Assembly: GCA_965243205.1 (NCBI GenBank) | Contig: CBDEUK010000002.1 | Location: 896,001-960,000 of the forward strand | Source: Gammaproteobacteria bacterium | GTDB lineage: Bacteria > Pseudomonadota > Gammaproteobacteria > Eutrophobiales > Eutrophobiaceae | Length of the DNA: 64,000 nt | Direction of reading: 5' to 3' | Shown: piece after piece, positions 38,163 through 49,193 of the stretch | Layout of the letters: each line of letters opens with the position of its first letter | Numbering within the stretch: position 1 is the first letter of the stretch | Position numbers and translations under genes: made by a program | Notes under the pieces: generated by a model | What the model was told of the DNA's origin: nothing | Database searches by the model: none | The model's input: only the letters and a program-made list of their open reading frames with translations

Positions 38163-39014
38163 TTAATCTTTCAACACATACTGTTTAGCGATAGTAACAA
38201 TGAAAATTCCACCTAAAACAAGAAATGATGAAATTATTAATTTTATAGTAATAATTTCATTTGAAAAAAGTACGCCACCAAATGCAGCTATAATAGGAAC
38301 TGTTAATTGGACAATCGCTGCTTGAGTGATTGTTAAATCTTCAAGTACGGAATACCAAATGGCATATCCTAAACCTGATGTTATTGCACCCGATATAATC
38401 GCCAAAATGATTCCTTGAAAAGATATCTGCACATTATCTAACGTTAAAAGCGTCATTAAGACAATAAAAGGAAGTGTCTTCAAAAAATTATTTGTTGTAT
38501 CAATAATTGGTTCTTTTGACGCTTTTCCCACTAATGTATAACAACCCCATGCTATTCCTGAAATAGTCATATACATAAAAGCAATTAAAGGTGGTGCTGA
38601 AGCTTCAGGTAACAAAAGAATACATAAACCAAAAAATGCTATGAATAACCCTAGCCATTCTATTAGAAGTAATTTTTTTCCTTTCAAAAAGTCAGACGTA
38701 ATCAATGTTACTTGAACTGAACCAAACAATATTAACGCACCTGTTCCCGTATCTAATGAGATATATGAATATGAAAATGCGATGGCATATATAAATAAAA
38801 AAAATGCAGGTAACCAATCATTGTTTTTAAACAGAATATTTTCTTTATTTTGTATTATAACTAACAATAATAAAAAAATAATACCTGAAAATAATCTGAT
38901 TGAAGTAAAACTGAAGGCATCAATCACATCTTTATTTAGAGCTAAACGACATAGAATAGAATTACCAGCAAATGCCAATAATGCTAGAGCCGTTAATGAT
39001 ATTGTTTTAATCAC
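38163..39014 (-). CDS. EamA/DMT-family transporter
   Basis: AFAGNSILCR, LDTGTGALILFG and SGLGYAIWY motifs; about 10 TM segments. Confidence 0.9.
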   Translation of the reverse strand: MIKTISLTALALLAFAGNSILCRLALNKDVIDAFSFTSIRLFSGIIFLLLLVIIQNKENILFKNNDWLPAFFLFIYAIAFSYSYISLDTGTGALILFGSVQVTLITSDFLKGKKLLLIEWLGLFIAFFGLCILLLPEASAPPLIAFMYMTISGIAWGCYTLVGKASKEPIIDTTNNFLKTLPFIVLMTLLTLDNVQISFQGIILAIISGAITSGLGYAIWYSVLEDLTITQAAIVQLTVPIIAAFGGVLFSNEIITIKLIISSFLVLGGIFIVTIAKQYVLKD

Positions 39015-39627
39015 TCTTTGTATTTAAATAATGATTCGCTGCTTTAGCACGATTACCGCAGATTTCCATACTACACCAACGTCGTTTTCTTGAACGCGAT
39101 GTATCTAAAAACATTAGGATACATTTAGGATTTGAGCATTTTTTTATTTGCTCCGTTTGCTTTGATGAAAGTAAAAGTGCCGCATCATGTGCAATGCGAC
39201 CAAGCAATATTTCCAGTGATAAATTTTCTTTTGCGGGATTTAAGACTAATTTGCCTTTTACATTTTTCAATTGTTGTTCATCTTTAAACAATAACAATAT
39301 CTCATTAATTTTTGCCAAGGCATTTCGAGGTATAGACTTGTTGTCAATTCCTGCAACAAATAATTCTTTGAGCGCTTTTCGAAAACTCAGGACGTTTTCC
39401 AGATCCAAATTTTCGATCTTATTATCTTCCATTGATATTCCGGCTCCGTGAGCCCATTGAATGAGGTCTTTAGTAGTTTTTAGTAAATCAATGACCTCGC
39501 CACGATCTACGATTTCAGTATTGATGAAGTCAATGGCGAGGTTATTTCCTACGTATTGAAAGCTATATTCTTGCGATTTCATTCTAACCATTATAAATAC
39601 ACTTGACAGGTTATACAAGATCTGCAA
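39007..39627 (-). CDS. ABATE / CGNR zinc-finger domain protein
   Basis: LAIDFINT; CSNPKC..FLDTSRSRKRRWCSMEICGNRAK. True start likely near 39582-39591. Confidence 0.9.
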   Translation of the reverse strand: MQILYNLSSVFIMVRMKSQEYSFQYVGNNLAIDFINTEIVDRGEVIDLLKTTKDLIQWAHGAGISMEDNKIENLDLENVLSFRKALKELFVAGIDNKSIPRNALAKINEILLLFKDEQQLKNVKGKLVLNPAKENLSLEILLGRIAHDAALLLSSKQTEQIKKCSNPKCILMFLDTSRSRKRRWCSMEICGNRAKAANHYLNTKSD

Positions 39628-39659
39628 ATATAACCGTTATATTAAACTTTTAACGGTTA
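39585..39659. promoter_or_regulatory. Two TAACC-N19-GGTTA inverted-repeat sites
   Basis: 39585-39613 and 39631-39659; the second extends to TAACCGTTA-N11-TAACGGTTA. Confidence 0.65.
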
Positions 39660-39677
39660 GTTAATGGAGGCATTAAA

Positions 39678-40631
39678 ATGCATACAATTTCAAAATATTT
39701 AACAATCCTGCTAGCAGGATTCATATTAATCAGTAATCAAGTTTCAGCATACGCAAAAACAAACGACGTTCGATATGGTTATGAAACGATTGATAATCAA
39801 GAAATATTTTTCAGGGAAGCAGGCGATCCAACAAAACCAGTTGTTATTTTGCTGCATGGTTTCCCCACATCATCACATATGTATAGAGAAGTGTTACAAG
39901 CACTCTCAGATGACTATTATTTAATTGCCCCAGATTATCCTGGCTTTGGTCATAGCAGCTTCCCAAGTGTTAATGAATACACCTATACCTTTGATAACAT
40001 CGCCGAAACGATTGATAAATTTCTAATTAAACGTGGCTTGGATAAATACGTATTAATGATTCAAGATTACGGTGCGCCTATCGGCTTTCGTATTGCCACC
40101 AAACATCCTGAAAAAGTAGCCGGCTTTGTTGTAATGAATGGTAATGCGTATGAAGAAGGTCTTTCACCTGAAGGTTGGGCACCAATCATGAAATATTGGG
40201 AAAATAAAAATAACCCTGAATTAGAACAAACAATTGCTGCAAATGTATTCAGTGATGAAGGGCTAAAATGGCAATATACACATGGTACCCGCAACCCAGA
40301 ACGTATTAATCCTGACAATTGGAATTTGGATATCGCTAAATTTGCACGAGATGGTCAACATCGCATGCAGCTTGATATGTTTTACGATTATCAAAATAAC
40401 GTAAAGTTGTATCCACAATGGCAACAATACTTACGTGAAAACCAACCACCGATGTTAATTGTTTGGGGTAAAAACGATGCTTTCTTTCCGGTACCGGGAG
40501 CAGAAGCTTATAAACGAGATGTAAAAGATATTGATTACAATATTCTAGATACAGGTCACTTTGCTTTGGAAGAAGAAAGTGAATTTATCATCGCTAAAAT
40601 GCGACATTTTTTAAAAACTAAAGTGAAATAA
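39678..40631 (+). CDS. Exported alpha/beta hydrolase (epoxide hydrolase / haloalkane dehalogenase-like)
   Basis: Signal peptide; HGFP, QDYG (Asp nucleophile) and GHFALEE motifs. Confidence 0.88.
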   Translation: MHTISKYLTILLAGFILISNQVSAYAKTNDVRYGYETIDNQEIFFREAGDPTKPVVILLHGFPTSSHMYREVLQALSDDYYLIAPDYPGFGHSSFPSVNEYTYTFDNIAETIDKFLIKRGLDKYVLMIQDYGAPIGFRIATKHPEKVAGFVVMNGNAYEEGLSPEGWAPIMKYWENKNNPELEQTIAANVFSDEGLKWQYTHGTRNPERINPDNWNLDIAKFARDGQHRMQLDMFYDYQNNVKLYPQWQQYLRENQPPMLIVWGKNDAFFPVPGAEAYKRDVKDIDYNILDTGHFALEEESEFIIAKMRHFLKTKVK

Positions 40632-40635
40632 AATT

Positions 40636-41607
40636 ATGCGTATTTCTCTATTGTTTATAATTATATTTGTGTCATTCTCTGGATTGGCACAAACATTATC
40701 TTCCATCGAAGCGACATGGCCTGCAAAAACCTACTACCGTAATATTGATGTTAATGGTCATAACATTTTCTATCGCGAAGCAGGTGATCCAAAAAATCCT
40801 ACCATTTTATTTTTACATGGTTACCCTTCTTCATCACATATGTATCGGAAACTGATTCCTCTGTTATCAGGTCGTTTTCATATTATCGTACCTGATAACC
40901 TTGGTTCAGGTCATAGTGATAAACCCGATCCAGATAAGCTCACTTACACCTTTGATCGATTAGCAGATGTGATCGAAGAGTTTGTTAAAGTAAAAAAGCT
41001 TGAAAAGTATTCAATCTACATGCAAGACTTTGGCGCACCTGTTGGCTTTCGTTTAATGTTACGTCAACCACAACGATTAGAAGCATTAATAACACAAAAT
41101 GGTAATGCCTATCTTGATGGACTAACCCCACCACGCCAAGCATTTTTTAAAAACGCACATATAGATAGATCAGATAAAATGATACAAATGCTTTATGCTT
41201 TTACTAGTACTGACGGTATCAAACAAAAACAATATTTACGTGATGTAAAAGACCGAGAAGACATTATGAGTCCAGATAGTTGGACCTATGATTTACATTT
41301 CCTACAAACAGAAAAACAACGTAAGATACAAGTACAACTCTTACAAGACTATTACACTAACCTACTTGCATACCCCAAATGGCAAGCATTTTTAAGACAA
41401 CATCAACCACCAACATTATTAGTTTGGGGTAAAAACGATCCCGCTTTTATCGCTGCAGGCGCAGAAGCCTATTTACGAGATGTACCCAATGCAGAACTGC
41501 ACCTGCTTGATGCTGGGCATTTTGCTATGGAAGAAAAACCCGTTGAGATCGCAAAGCACATCACCAGATTTATGATATTGAATTTTGAAGAGTATTCAAA
41601 TGACTAA
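40636..41607 (+). CDS. Exported alpha/beta hydrolase, paralogue of the upstream gene
   Basis: Signal peptide; HGYP, QDFG and GHFAMEE motifs. Confidence 0.88.
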   Translation: MRISLLFIIIFVSFSGLAQTLSSIEATWPAKTYYRNIDVNGHNIFYREAGDPKNPTILFLHGYPSSSHMYRKLIPLLSGRFHIIVPDNLGSGHSDKPDPDKLTYTFDRLADVIEEFVKVKKLEKYSIYMQDFGAPVGFRLMLRQPQRLEALITQNGNAYLDGLTPPRQAFFKNAHIDRSDKMIQMLYAFTSTDGIKQKQYLRDVKDREDIMSPDSWTYDLHFLQTEKQRKIQVQLLQDYYTNLLAYPKWQAFLRQHQPPTLLVWGKNDPAFIAAGAEAYLRDVPNAELHLLDAGHFAMEEKPVEIAKHITRFMILNFEEYSND

Positions 41608-42118
41608 AAAGAGGCAGTTCGCTTTCTAAATCAAGAAGTTTCTCTTTTGTATTGATTCCTCCTGCATACCCAACCATTTTACCGTCTTTACCTATTACCC
41701 TATGACATGGAATTAATATACTGATTGAGTTTGCACCATTTGCATTCGCAACTGCCCTAACCAGTTTTTTATCTCCTAAATTCTCAGCTAATATAGAATA
41801 TGTAGAGGTAGAACCATATGAAATTTTCAGTAATTCATTCCATACTTTTTTTTGAAAAATACTTCCAACCATTAATAATGGAATATCAAATTGTTTTCTA
41901 TTTTGTTCAAAATATTCTTCGAGTTGTTCAACGACTGAATCAAACAAATCAAATTTGTGTAATACATATTCACTATTCAAAATAGAATTGATCCGATTAT
42001 CGATAGTGTTTCTATTTTTTCGATAACGCCAATCACATAAACATAATTTTCTATTGTATGAACCCAATATGAGTTCACCCACTCTAGATTTATAAAATTG
42101 TATCAATATTTTATTCAT
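41570..42118 (-). CDS. ogt: Methylated-DNA-protein-cysteine methyltransferase
   Basis: FQKKVW, RAVANANGAN and IPCHRV active site. Confidence 0.92.
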   Translation of the reverse strand: MNKILIQFYKSRVGELILGSYNRKLCLCDWRYRKNRNTIDNRINSILNSEYVLHKFDLFDSVVEQLEEYFEQNRKQFDIPLLMVGSIFQKKVWNELLKISYGSTSTYSILAENLGDKKLVRAVANANGANSISILIPCHRVIGKDGKMVGYAGGINTKEKLLDLESELPLFSHLNTLQNSIS

Positions 42119-42234
42119 TAAAATAATCAGGATGAATTAGAGATAAAAAATATTATTTTTTATTTAATAACTTAATGAATTATAACGATTAATTAATGAA
42201 AATTTCTAAAGATTATTAAAAAATAATCGATATA

Positions 42235-44385
42235 TTGAAGATTATATGTAACTTCCAAAAAAATATGGCCGATAAAATAACAATTACCGTTGACCATGAG
42301 GAATGGCTAAACAGCATCGGTTCAGCAACATTCGTCATTGATAATAATAGCAACGTGGTCTTCTGGAATCCTGCCTGTGAAATCATGACGGGGGTTGAAA
42401 AAACGGAAGTTTTGAATACAAACAAGCATTGGATGGGGTTTTATTCCTCAGAGCGCCCTTGTCTAGCCGATATGGTGATGGATGATGATTGGGAACAGAA
42501 AATTCATTTGTATGACAATATTGAACGGGCTACCAGTTCATCAAGAGGCTTATTAGCAAGTAACTGGTGTCAAACTCCTGCTGGGAATAAATTCTTAATT
42601 TTTGAAGCAAATGCCCTATTCGATCATGATGGTAAAATAGTCGGTGTCATTGAAACCTTGAGTGATGCAACTAAACTGAAACAAGTTGAAGAAAAACTAC
42701 AAGTGTATTCACGTGCCATAGAAGATTGTTCGTCATCTGTCGTAATAACTGATCCGCAAGGTAACATTGAATATGTAAATCCAAAATTTCTTAATGTTAC
42801 AGGATATACGCTATCAGAAATCACCGGCAATCATATTGATATGGTAAGGTCAGAAAAATTAATCTCCACCCCTGATTTTTGGGACTCCATCAAAAATAAT
42901 GGTGAATGGAGTAGTGAAATTCTCAGCAGAAAAAAAGATGGTAGTACTTATTGGAATCGTTGCTCATTATCAGCGGTATATAACGAAGAAGGAAAAATTA
43001 TTCATTTAGTTGGGCTAGAAGAAGATGTTACTAAAGAATATGAACTAACCCAAAAGCTTAACTTTGAAGCAAGTCATGACCTACTCACGGGTTTAAAGAA
43101 TAGACGCGAATTCGAACAACAAACTGAATCATTATTAAATAAAGATGAAAACAACGACACCATCCACTCTTTATGTTTTATCGATCTTGATAAATTTAAA
43201 GTCGTCAATGATACCTGTGGACATAATGCTGGTGACGAATTGTTACGTCAAGTTTCAAAATTGTTCAAAGAGAACGTCAGAAAAACTGATACCTTAGCTC
43301 GCTTGGGTGGTGATGAATTTGGGATCTTAATGGAAGATTGTGAATTAAAACATTCTATGCGAGTTGCCACTGACCTATTAAATGTTATCCAGGATTATCA
43401 ATTTTGTTGGGATGGCAAAACATTCAAAATAGGTGCAAGCATCGGTATTGTAGTATTTACAAATAATGCGATCCCAAATTTAATTGAGCTTTTAAAGCAA
43501 GCTGATTCTGCATGTTATATGGCAAAAGATTTAGGTCGTAATCGTATACATGTTTATAAGCCCGATGATTCTGAGCTAGCTAAACGGCATGGCGAGACTC
43601 AATGGGTCACGTTAATACAAAATGCTCTGGATGAGGATTTATTTTATTTAGATGCACAAGAGATTGTAAGTTTTGACCAATCTAAAACAAAACATTACGA
43701 ACTTCTTATTAGAATGCGTAATAAAGAAGGTATTAGTATACCGCCAGGTTCCTTTTTATCTTCCGCTGAAAGATATAGTCTTATCACAAAAATTGATCGA
43801 TGGGTCATAAAAACAGCTTGTAAACTCTTAAGTCAATATAAAAGTTTTCAAGAACAGATAAATTTTGTATCTATTAATTTATCAGGCCAATCATTAGCAA
43901 ATGATGAATTACTTGATTTTATTAATAACCAGTTAGATGAAACAGGTGTTAATGGTCATAAGATATGTTTTGAAATTACAGAAACATCCACAATCACTCA
44001 TTTAGAAAAAGCGCAAAATCTTATTAAAAACCTTAAAGAACGAGGTTGTTCATTTGCAATTGATGATTTTGGCTCAGGTTTTTCATCCTATGGTTATTTG
44101 AAATCATTACCTGTTGATTATCTAAAAATTGACGGCATTTTTGTAAAAGATATTATTCAAGATCCAATAGATTTAGCATTAGTTAAATCTATTAATGAAG
44201 TAGGTCATATTCTAAATATGAAAACTATTGCAGAATTTGTTGAGAATGACGATATTAGAAATATATTAGTTGATATTGGTGTTGATTATGGTCAAGGATA
44301 TGGCATCGGTAGACCAGAGAATTTTGAGGAATTGTTAAAACATACTAATGATATTTCATTAGAAAAAATTAGTCATGTGTCTTAA
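42235..44385 (+). CDS. PAS-PAS-GGDEF-EAL c-di-GMP enzyme
   Basis: Two PAS domains; RLGGDEF, ELLIR, EITET and DDFGSG motifs. Start likely ATG at 42265. Confidence 0.92.
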   Translation: MKIICNFQKNMADKITITVDHEEWLNSIGSATFVIDNNSNVVFWNPACEIMTGVEKTEVLNTNKHWMGFYSSERPCLADMVMDDDWEQKIHLYDNIERATSSSRGLLASNWCQTPAGNKFLIFEANALFDHDGKIVGVIETLSDATKLKQVEEKLQVYSRAIEDCSSSVVITDPQGNIEYVNPKFLNVTGYTLSEITGNHIDMVRSEKLISTPDFWDSIKNNGEWSSEILSRKKDGSTYWNRCSLSAVYNEEGKIIHLVGLEEDVTKEYELTQKLNFEASHDLLTGLKNRREFEQQTESLLNKDENNDTIHSLCFIDLDKFKVVNDTCGHNAGDELLRQVSKLFKENVRKTDTLARLGGDEFGILMEDCELKHSMRVATDLLNVIQDYQFCWDGKTFKIGASIGIVVFTNNAIPNLIELLKQADSACYMAKDLGRNRIHVYKPDDSELAKRHGETQWVTLIQNALDEDLFYLDAQEIVSFDQSKTKHYELLIRMRNKEGISIPPGSFLSSAERYSLITKIDRWVIKTACKLLSQYKSFQEQINFVSINLSGQSLANDELLDFINNQLDETGVNGHKICFEITETSTITHLEKAQNLIKNLKERGCSFAIDDFGSGFSSYGYLKSLPVDYLKIDGIFVKDIIQDPIDLALVKSINEVGHILNMKTIAEFVENDDIRNILVDIGVDYGQGYGIGRPENFEELLKHTNDISLEKISHVS

Positions 44386-44516
44386 AATTCAATCTTCATT
44401 AATTACAATTTTTTATTGTGGAAAGTTACGATAGAAAATTAATACATTTTTCAGGAGATAATCATTGAATTATTTTCCTGATTTTCCTTTTGCATGTATA
44501 GGATTGGAAAATACTA

Positions 44517-45791
44517 ATGAAACATAAAGCATTGATTGTTGAGCCGACCCGACTTTTTCAGAGAATTCTGATCAAGATCATGGATGATTATGGAATTGAA
44601 TGCCATTCATATACATCTTCAAAAGATGCTTTAGAAGATTCTCATGAAGAATACACCTTTATTATTGTCGCAAGAACATTAGAAGGAATATCGGGGGAAA
44701 TATTTCTCACTCATTTTAATGTAAAACATAATATAGGTAATGCTAAAACTGTATTAATGATTGCAGATGATGAAGACTCTTCATCGTTAGATAGAAACAA
44801 TACAAATTTCAACCAAATTTTATCCAAAAAAAATCTCAAGAACCTCCAAGACTTTATCATAAATCAAATCGATGAAACGTCATCTGATTTAAATGCAAAT
44901 ATACTTTTGATAGAAGATTCTAATTCTAGTGCCGTTTTGATTACGGCACTATTAGATGATTCTGGTAATAAAGTTACACATTTAACTACACTTGAAAAAT
45001 TTGATGAACTGTTTGAAAAAAACGACTTTGATATGATCTTAACGGATTATCATTTAACAGGAAATGAAAGCGGTGAAGATGTAATTTCATATGTTAGAAA
45101 TCATGAATCAGATATAAAATCTCATACTCCAATTTTAGTGATTTCTGCAAAAACAAATCTAAAGATGCGAACTTCATTACTAAAAAAGGGAGCTAATGAT
45201 GTAATAACTAAACCCTATGATAATGAAGAGTTGATTGCCAGAGCATATAACTTAATAAACAATGGCAGACTATACAAAAAAACTAAACTGCAAGAACAAA
45301 AACTAACCAAATTAGCTCATACAGATCAATTAACCGGCGTTTATAATCGTCATAGTTTGTATGATCTAGTACCAAAATATATTAGTAACGCCAAACGACA
45401 TAATATCCCATTATCACTACTTGTTCTTGATCTGGATCATTTTAAAAAAATAAATGATACGAAAGGCCATATAGTAGGGGATATTGTTTTAAAATCTGTT
45501 TCATCATTTCTACAAGAATATGTTCGCTCTGAAGATATGGTTGCCAGGTTTGGTGGTGAGGAATTTGTAATAATACTCGTAGATTGTAATCTCAATAGTG
45601 CCCTAGAAACGGCTGAAAGATTAAGAGAGTCTATAGAAGAAATAAAACCTGAAGCATTAATTGTTACATCAAGTATTGGAGTTTCCGAACTGCTACCTCA
45701 AGATGATGACTTTGATAACCTATTTGAACGTGCTGATAAAGCAGTTTATGAAGCAAAAGATAAAGGTAGAAACAAAGTCGTTGCTTTATAA
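44517..45791 (+). CDS. Response-regulator diguanylate cyclase (degenerate REC, REC, GGDEF)
   Basis: ILLIED, ILTDY and ITKP motifs; RSED I-site before RFGGEEF. Confidence 0.9.
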   Translation: MKHKALIVEPTRLFQRILIKIMDDYGIECHSYTSSKDALEDSHEEYTFIIVARTLEGISGEIFLTHFNVKHNIGNAKTVLMIADDEDSSSLDRNNTNFNQILSKKNLKNLQDFIINQIDETSSDLNANILLIEDSNSSAVLITALLDDSGNKVTHLTTLEKFDELFEKNDFDMILTDYHLTGNESGEDVISYVRNHESDIKSHTPILVISAKTNLKMRTSLLKKGANDVITKPYDNEELIARAYNLINNGRLYKKTKLQEQKLTKLAHTDQLTGVYNRHSLYDLVPKYISNAKRHNIPLSLLVLDLDHFKKINDTKGHIVGDIVLKSVSSFLQEYVRSEDMVARFGGEEFVIILVDCNLNSALETAERLRESIEEIKPEALIVTSSIGVSELLPQDDDFDNLFERADKAVYEAKDKGRNKVVAL

Positions 45792-45972
45792 ATTATTATA
45801 TTTTAATGAGCAACTTTCCAAATAACTGAATATTTTAATCCATTCCAATTACAAACTTTAGATACTAGATATTACAGTAATATTTACATAAAACTATAAA
45901 TTTCAATCACTTAATTTCTAATTGATATTATTCATTCAATTTAAAATGAGAATGAAAATATCACTATTTCTA

Positions 45973-45999
45973 TCAAGTATTCTAAAAATCCGCCGCTAT
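45973..45999 (+). promoter_or_regulatory. Putative sigma28 (FliA) promoter
   Basis: TCAAG-N14-GCCGCTAT upstream of a chemoreceptor gene. Confidence 0.5.
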
Positions 46000-46035
46000 C
46001 TCTACAAATGTGCCAAGAATAATTAGCTTAACAAC

Positions 46036-47361
46036 TTGAAGAGTGTGAGTGATATGTTCAATTTTAGTAAGAAAAAACAGGAAGAGCCTGAAATCAATTT
46101 TCAGCTAGAGGAACAAAAATGCATTATCGATGGTATTAAACGGTCGATGGCATTTATCGAATTTTCACTCGACGGTAAAATTATTGATGCCAATGATAAT
46201 TTTCTAAATACGGTCGGCTACAACAAAGATGAAATTATCGGTAATCATCATAAAATATTTTGTGAACCAGAATATGCTGAAAGTAATGATTATAAAGATT
46301 TCTGGTCTAAGTTAAATAATGGAGAATTTATAAAGGGCCGCTTCAAACGATTAAGTAAATCAGGTGATGTAATTTGGTTACAAGCCACTTACACTCCTAT
46401 TTATGACCATCAAAACAAACTTAGTAAAGTCGTTAAGTTCGCTTCCAACGTTACCGAAAATGTTGAAAAGGCATTAAAGGAACGCGCCAAACTAGAGTCT
46501 CTTAATCGTTCTACTGCGATTATTGAATTCAATCCTGATGGTACAATCATCGATTGTAATGAAAATTTTTTAGCCACTGTTAAATACAAAAAAGAAGATG
46601 TTATTGGTAAACATCATAGAATTTTTTGTGATACTGAATATACAGAGTCATCTGAATATAACGATTTCTGGCGTCGTCTTAATAAAGGAGAGTTTTTTAG
46701 TGGTCAGTTCAAACGAGTAAATAGTTATGGCGATACCATTTGGCTAGAAGCTTCTTACAATCCTGTTTATGATGAAGAAGGGAATCTTAGTCGTATTGTT
46801 AAATTCGCTTCAGACATCACGGAACAAACTGAAAGATCTCATAAAGAACGAGAAAGTGTAAAATCAGCTTATAGTATTTCTAATGATACTTCGAAAACGG
46901 CTGAAGAAGGTGCAAGAATTATCAATAATGCTATAGAAGAAATGAATAAAATTGCAGGCTCAGTTCGTTCTTCCTCTGAACATATAGAAAACCTAAATCA
47001 ACAATCCAGTGATATTAATTCAATTGTTAAAACCATTCAGGACATCGCAGACCAAACTAATTTACTCGCATTAAATGCTGCAATTGAAGCAGCTAGAGCG
47101 GGCGAACAAGGTAGAGGATTCGCTGTTGTAGCAGATGAAGTTCGTACACTTGCTGCAAGAACATCTGAATCTACATCAGAAATATCCGGTATGGTAACTA
47201 ATATTCAAACAAATACTAAAAATGCGTCAACTAGTATGGAAACCTGTTTAAACCAAGTAAATCTTGGTGTTGATTTAGCGCATGAAACAGGTGAAGCAAT
47301 CACACGTATTCAAAAAAGTGCGACTGAAGTAGTAAGTGCAGTCGATAATTTAGCAAAATAA
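46036..47361 (+). CDS. Soluble PAS-PAS methyl-accepting chemotaxis protein (BdlA-like architecture)
   Basis: Two PAS_3 repeats (IEF..DG.I...N.NFL); [34 protein letters not shown]. Confidence 0.92.
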   Translation: MKSVSDMFNFSKKKQEEPEINFQLEEQKCIIDGIKRSMAFIEFSLDGKIIDANDNFLNTVGYNKDEIIGNHHKIFCEPEYAESNDYKDFWSKLNNGEFIKGRFKRLSKSGDVIWLQATYTPIYDHQNKLSKVVKFASNVTENVEKALKERAKLESLNRSTAIIEFNPDGTIIDCNENFLATVKYKKEDVIGKHHRIFCDTEYTESSEYNDFWRRLNKGEFFSGQFKRVNSYGDTIWLEASYNPVYDEEGNLSRIVKFASDITEQTERSHKERESVKSAYSISNDTSKTAEEGARIINNAIEEMNKIAGSVRSSSEHIENLNQQSSDINSIVKTIQDIADQTNLLALNAAIEAARAGEQGRGFAVVADEVRTLAARTSESTSEISGMVTNIQTNTKNASTSMETCLNQVNLGVDLAHETGEAITRIQKSATEVVSAVDNLAK

Positions 47362-47567
47362 ATATTACAAAGAATAAAACCATTATTCATATTAGAAACG
47401 CTATCATTGAAAATCAATTAAAACGCACATTTCAAAATCAACCTCTAAATTACTTTCTTGAACCACATTATTTAAACTTATCAATAGAACTCCATTTTTT
47501 TTATTAACTGTCTTTGTCAAATTCGTATTCTAATTCAAATCCATTAACATTGATTTAGAATGCCTTT

Positions 47568-47843
47568 ATGGATAAATATTTACTTAATGATTTGGAATTA
47601 TATCAAGTTGATCTAAATCGGATCATAGAAATGGCTTGGGAAGATCGAACTCCATTTGAAGCCATAAGACATGAGTATAATTTGGACGAAAAAAACGTCG
47701 TGAAACTTATGCGGCGTAATCTAACAAACCGCAGCTTTAAGTCATGGCGAAAACGTGTTTCTGGCCGCAACACCAAGCATGTACGACTACGTGGATTTAT
47801 TATTTCCCGCGCTTTTTGTCCAACTCAATACAAATATAGCTAA
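47568..47843 (+). CDS. TIGR03643 / DUF2805 family protein
   Basis: RIIEMAWEDRTPFEAI...WRKRVSGR motif. Confidence 0.88.
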   Translation: MDKYLLNDLELYQVDLNRIIEMAWEDRTPFEAIRHEYNLDEKNVVKLMRRNLTNRSFKSWRKRVSGRNTKHVRLRGFIISRAFCPTQYKYS

Positions 47844-47855
47844 ACAAACATTCAA

Positions 47856-49172
47856 ATGAAAAGCCTTGTTTGGTTTACACAAGATCTTAGAATTCACGAT
47901 AATCCGCTGCTTGCAAAAGCACATCAAACTTCTTCAGAAATCTTACATGTGTTTTTTATTCATGACCGATTAAGACTCGACTATATGCCCGGGATACATC
48001 AGCCTAGTCAAAACCGACAAATTTTCTTATTTCAAGCTTTAGCTGACCTCCGTAATCAGCTCCGAGAGAAAGGACATGATTTATTTGTATTGAATTCAAG
48101 TAGTCGTCAACTATTACCTGCTATTATCGAGAAATATAATATTGATACTGTTTATCGTTCAATAATACACGGCTATGACGAAAAAATGGATTTAGAGCTT
48201 TGTAAAAAAGCATCTCCACAAACAAATTTTAAAACGATTTCATCATTCACGTTATATACTCAACAACAGTTGCCTTTCCCTTTGGATGAATTGCCAAATC
48301 ATTTTACGCCATTTCGTAAACTTATAGAAAAAAATTCTATTACAAACCGAAAACGTTCAAACACTATTAATTGGTCAAAACCAATTTACTTTGAACAAGA
48401 AAATATATTTTATTCAACAGAACGTTTAGAAAAAAAATCAGAAGAAGTTTTTATTGGTGGAGAAACATCAGCACTTAAACAATTAAACGATTATTTTTCA
48501 TCTAAAGCACCTTCCACATATAAACAAACACGTAATTCATTGATGGGTTTTAAAAACACTACCAAACTTTCTCCTTGGTTAGCTCAAGGCAGTTTATCGG
48601 TTGTGGAATTAATACATCAACTAAAAAAATATGAAAAAAAACATGGCGCTAATGAATCTACTTATTGGATTTATTTTGAAATTTTATGGAGAGAATATTT
48701 TTATTGGAATGCAGTTTTATACGAAAAGACTTTATTTGATAAAAAAGGTAGACGTGATATATCTCCATTAACAACGTTCTATCCTGAACGTTTTAATGCA
48801 TGGATAAATGGGACAACGGAATGGCCAATTGTAAATGCATGTATGAAAGAACTTGCTGCCACAGGTTTTATGAGTAATCGTGGAAGACAATTAGTAGCCA
48901 GTTGTTTTGTACATGAATTAGCAATGGATTGGCGCTACGGTGCTGCTTACTTTGAACAAGAACTAATTGATTATGACGTAGGTTCTAACTGGGGTAATTG
49001 GCAATATCTCGCAGGAGTCGGAGCTGACCCGAGAGGTTATCGCAAATTTGATTTAAAAAAACAAACACAAATATACGATCCAGATGAAAAGTTTATTACA
49101 TATTGGCAAGGCAATAAAAACCAATTTTCCATAAACCAAAGAGATGCTGCGGACTGGCCTATAGAGATTTAA
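47856..49172 (+). CDS. DASH-family cryptochrome/photolyase
   Basis: WFTQDLRIHDN, SPWLAQG, EILWREYF, MSNRGRQ and SNWGNWQYLAGVGADPR motifs. Confidence 0.9.
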   Translation: MKSLVWFTQDLRIHDNPLLAKAHQTSSEILHVFFIHDRLRLDYMPGIHQPSQNRQIFLFQALADLRNQLREKGHDLFVLNSSSRQLLPAIIEKYNIDTVYRSIIHGYDEKMDLELCKKASPQTNFKTISSFTLYTQQQLPFPLDELPNHFTPFRKLIEKNSITNRKRSNTINWSKPIYFEQENIFYSTERLEKKSEEVFIGGETSALKQLNDYFSSKAPSTYKQTRNSLMGFKNTTKLSPWLAQGSLSVVELIHQLKKYEKKHGANESTYWIYFEILWREYFYWNAVLYEKTLFDKKGRRDISPLTTFYPERFNAWINGTTEWPIVNACMKELAATGFMSNRGRQLVASCFVHELAMDWRYGAAYFEQELIDYDVGSNWGNWQYLAGVGADPRGYRKFDLKKQTQIYDPDEKFITYWQGNKNQFSINQRDAADWPIEI

Positions 49173-49193
49173 AAAAATCGATCTCTGTTTATT

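Noticed and set aside
41570-41607. 38-nt convergent overlap between the hydrolase and ogt 3' ends
   Set aside because: Short tail-to-tail overlaps are common, and both catalytic domains are complete.
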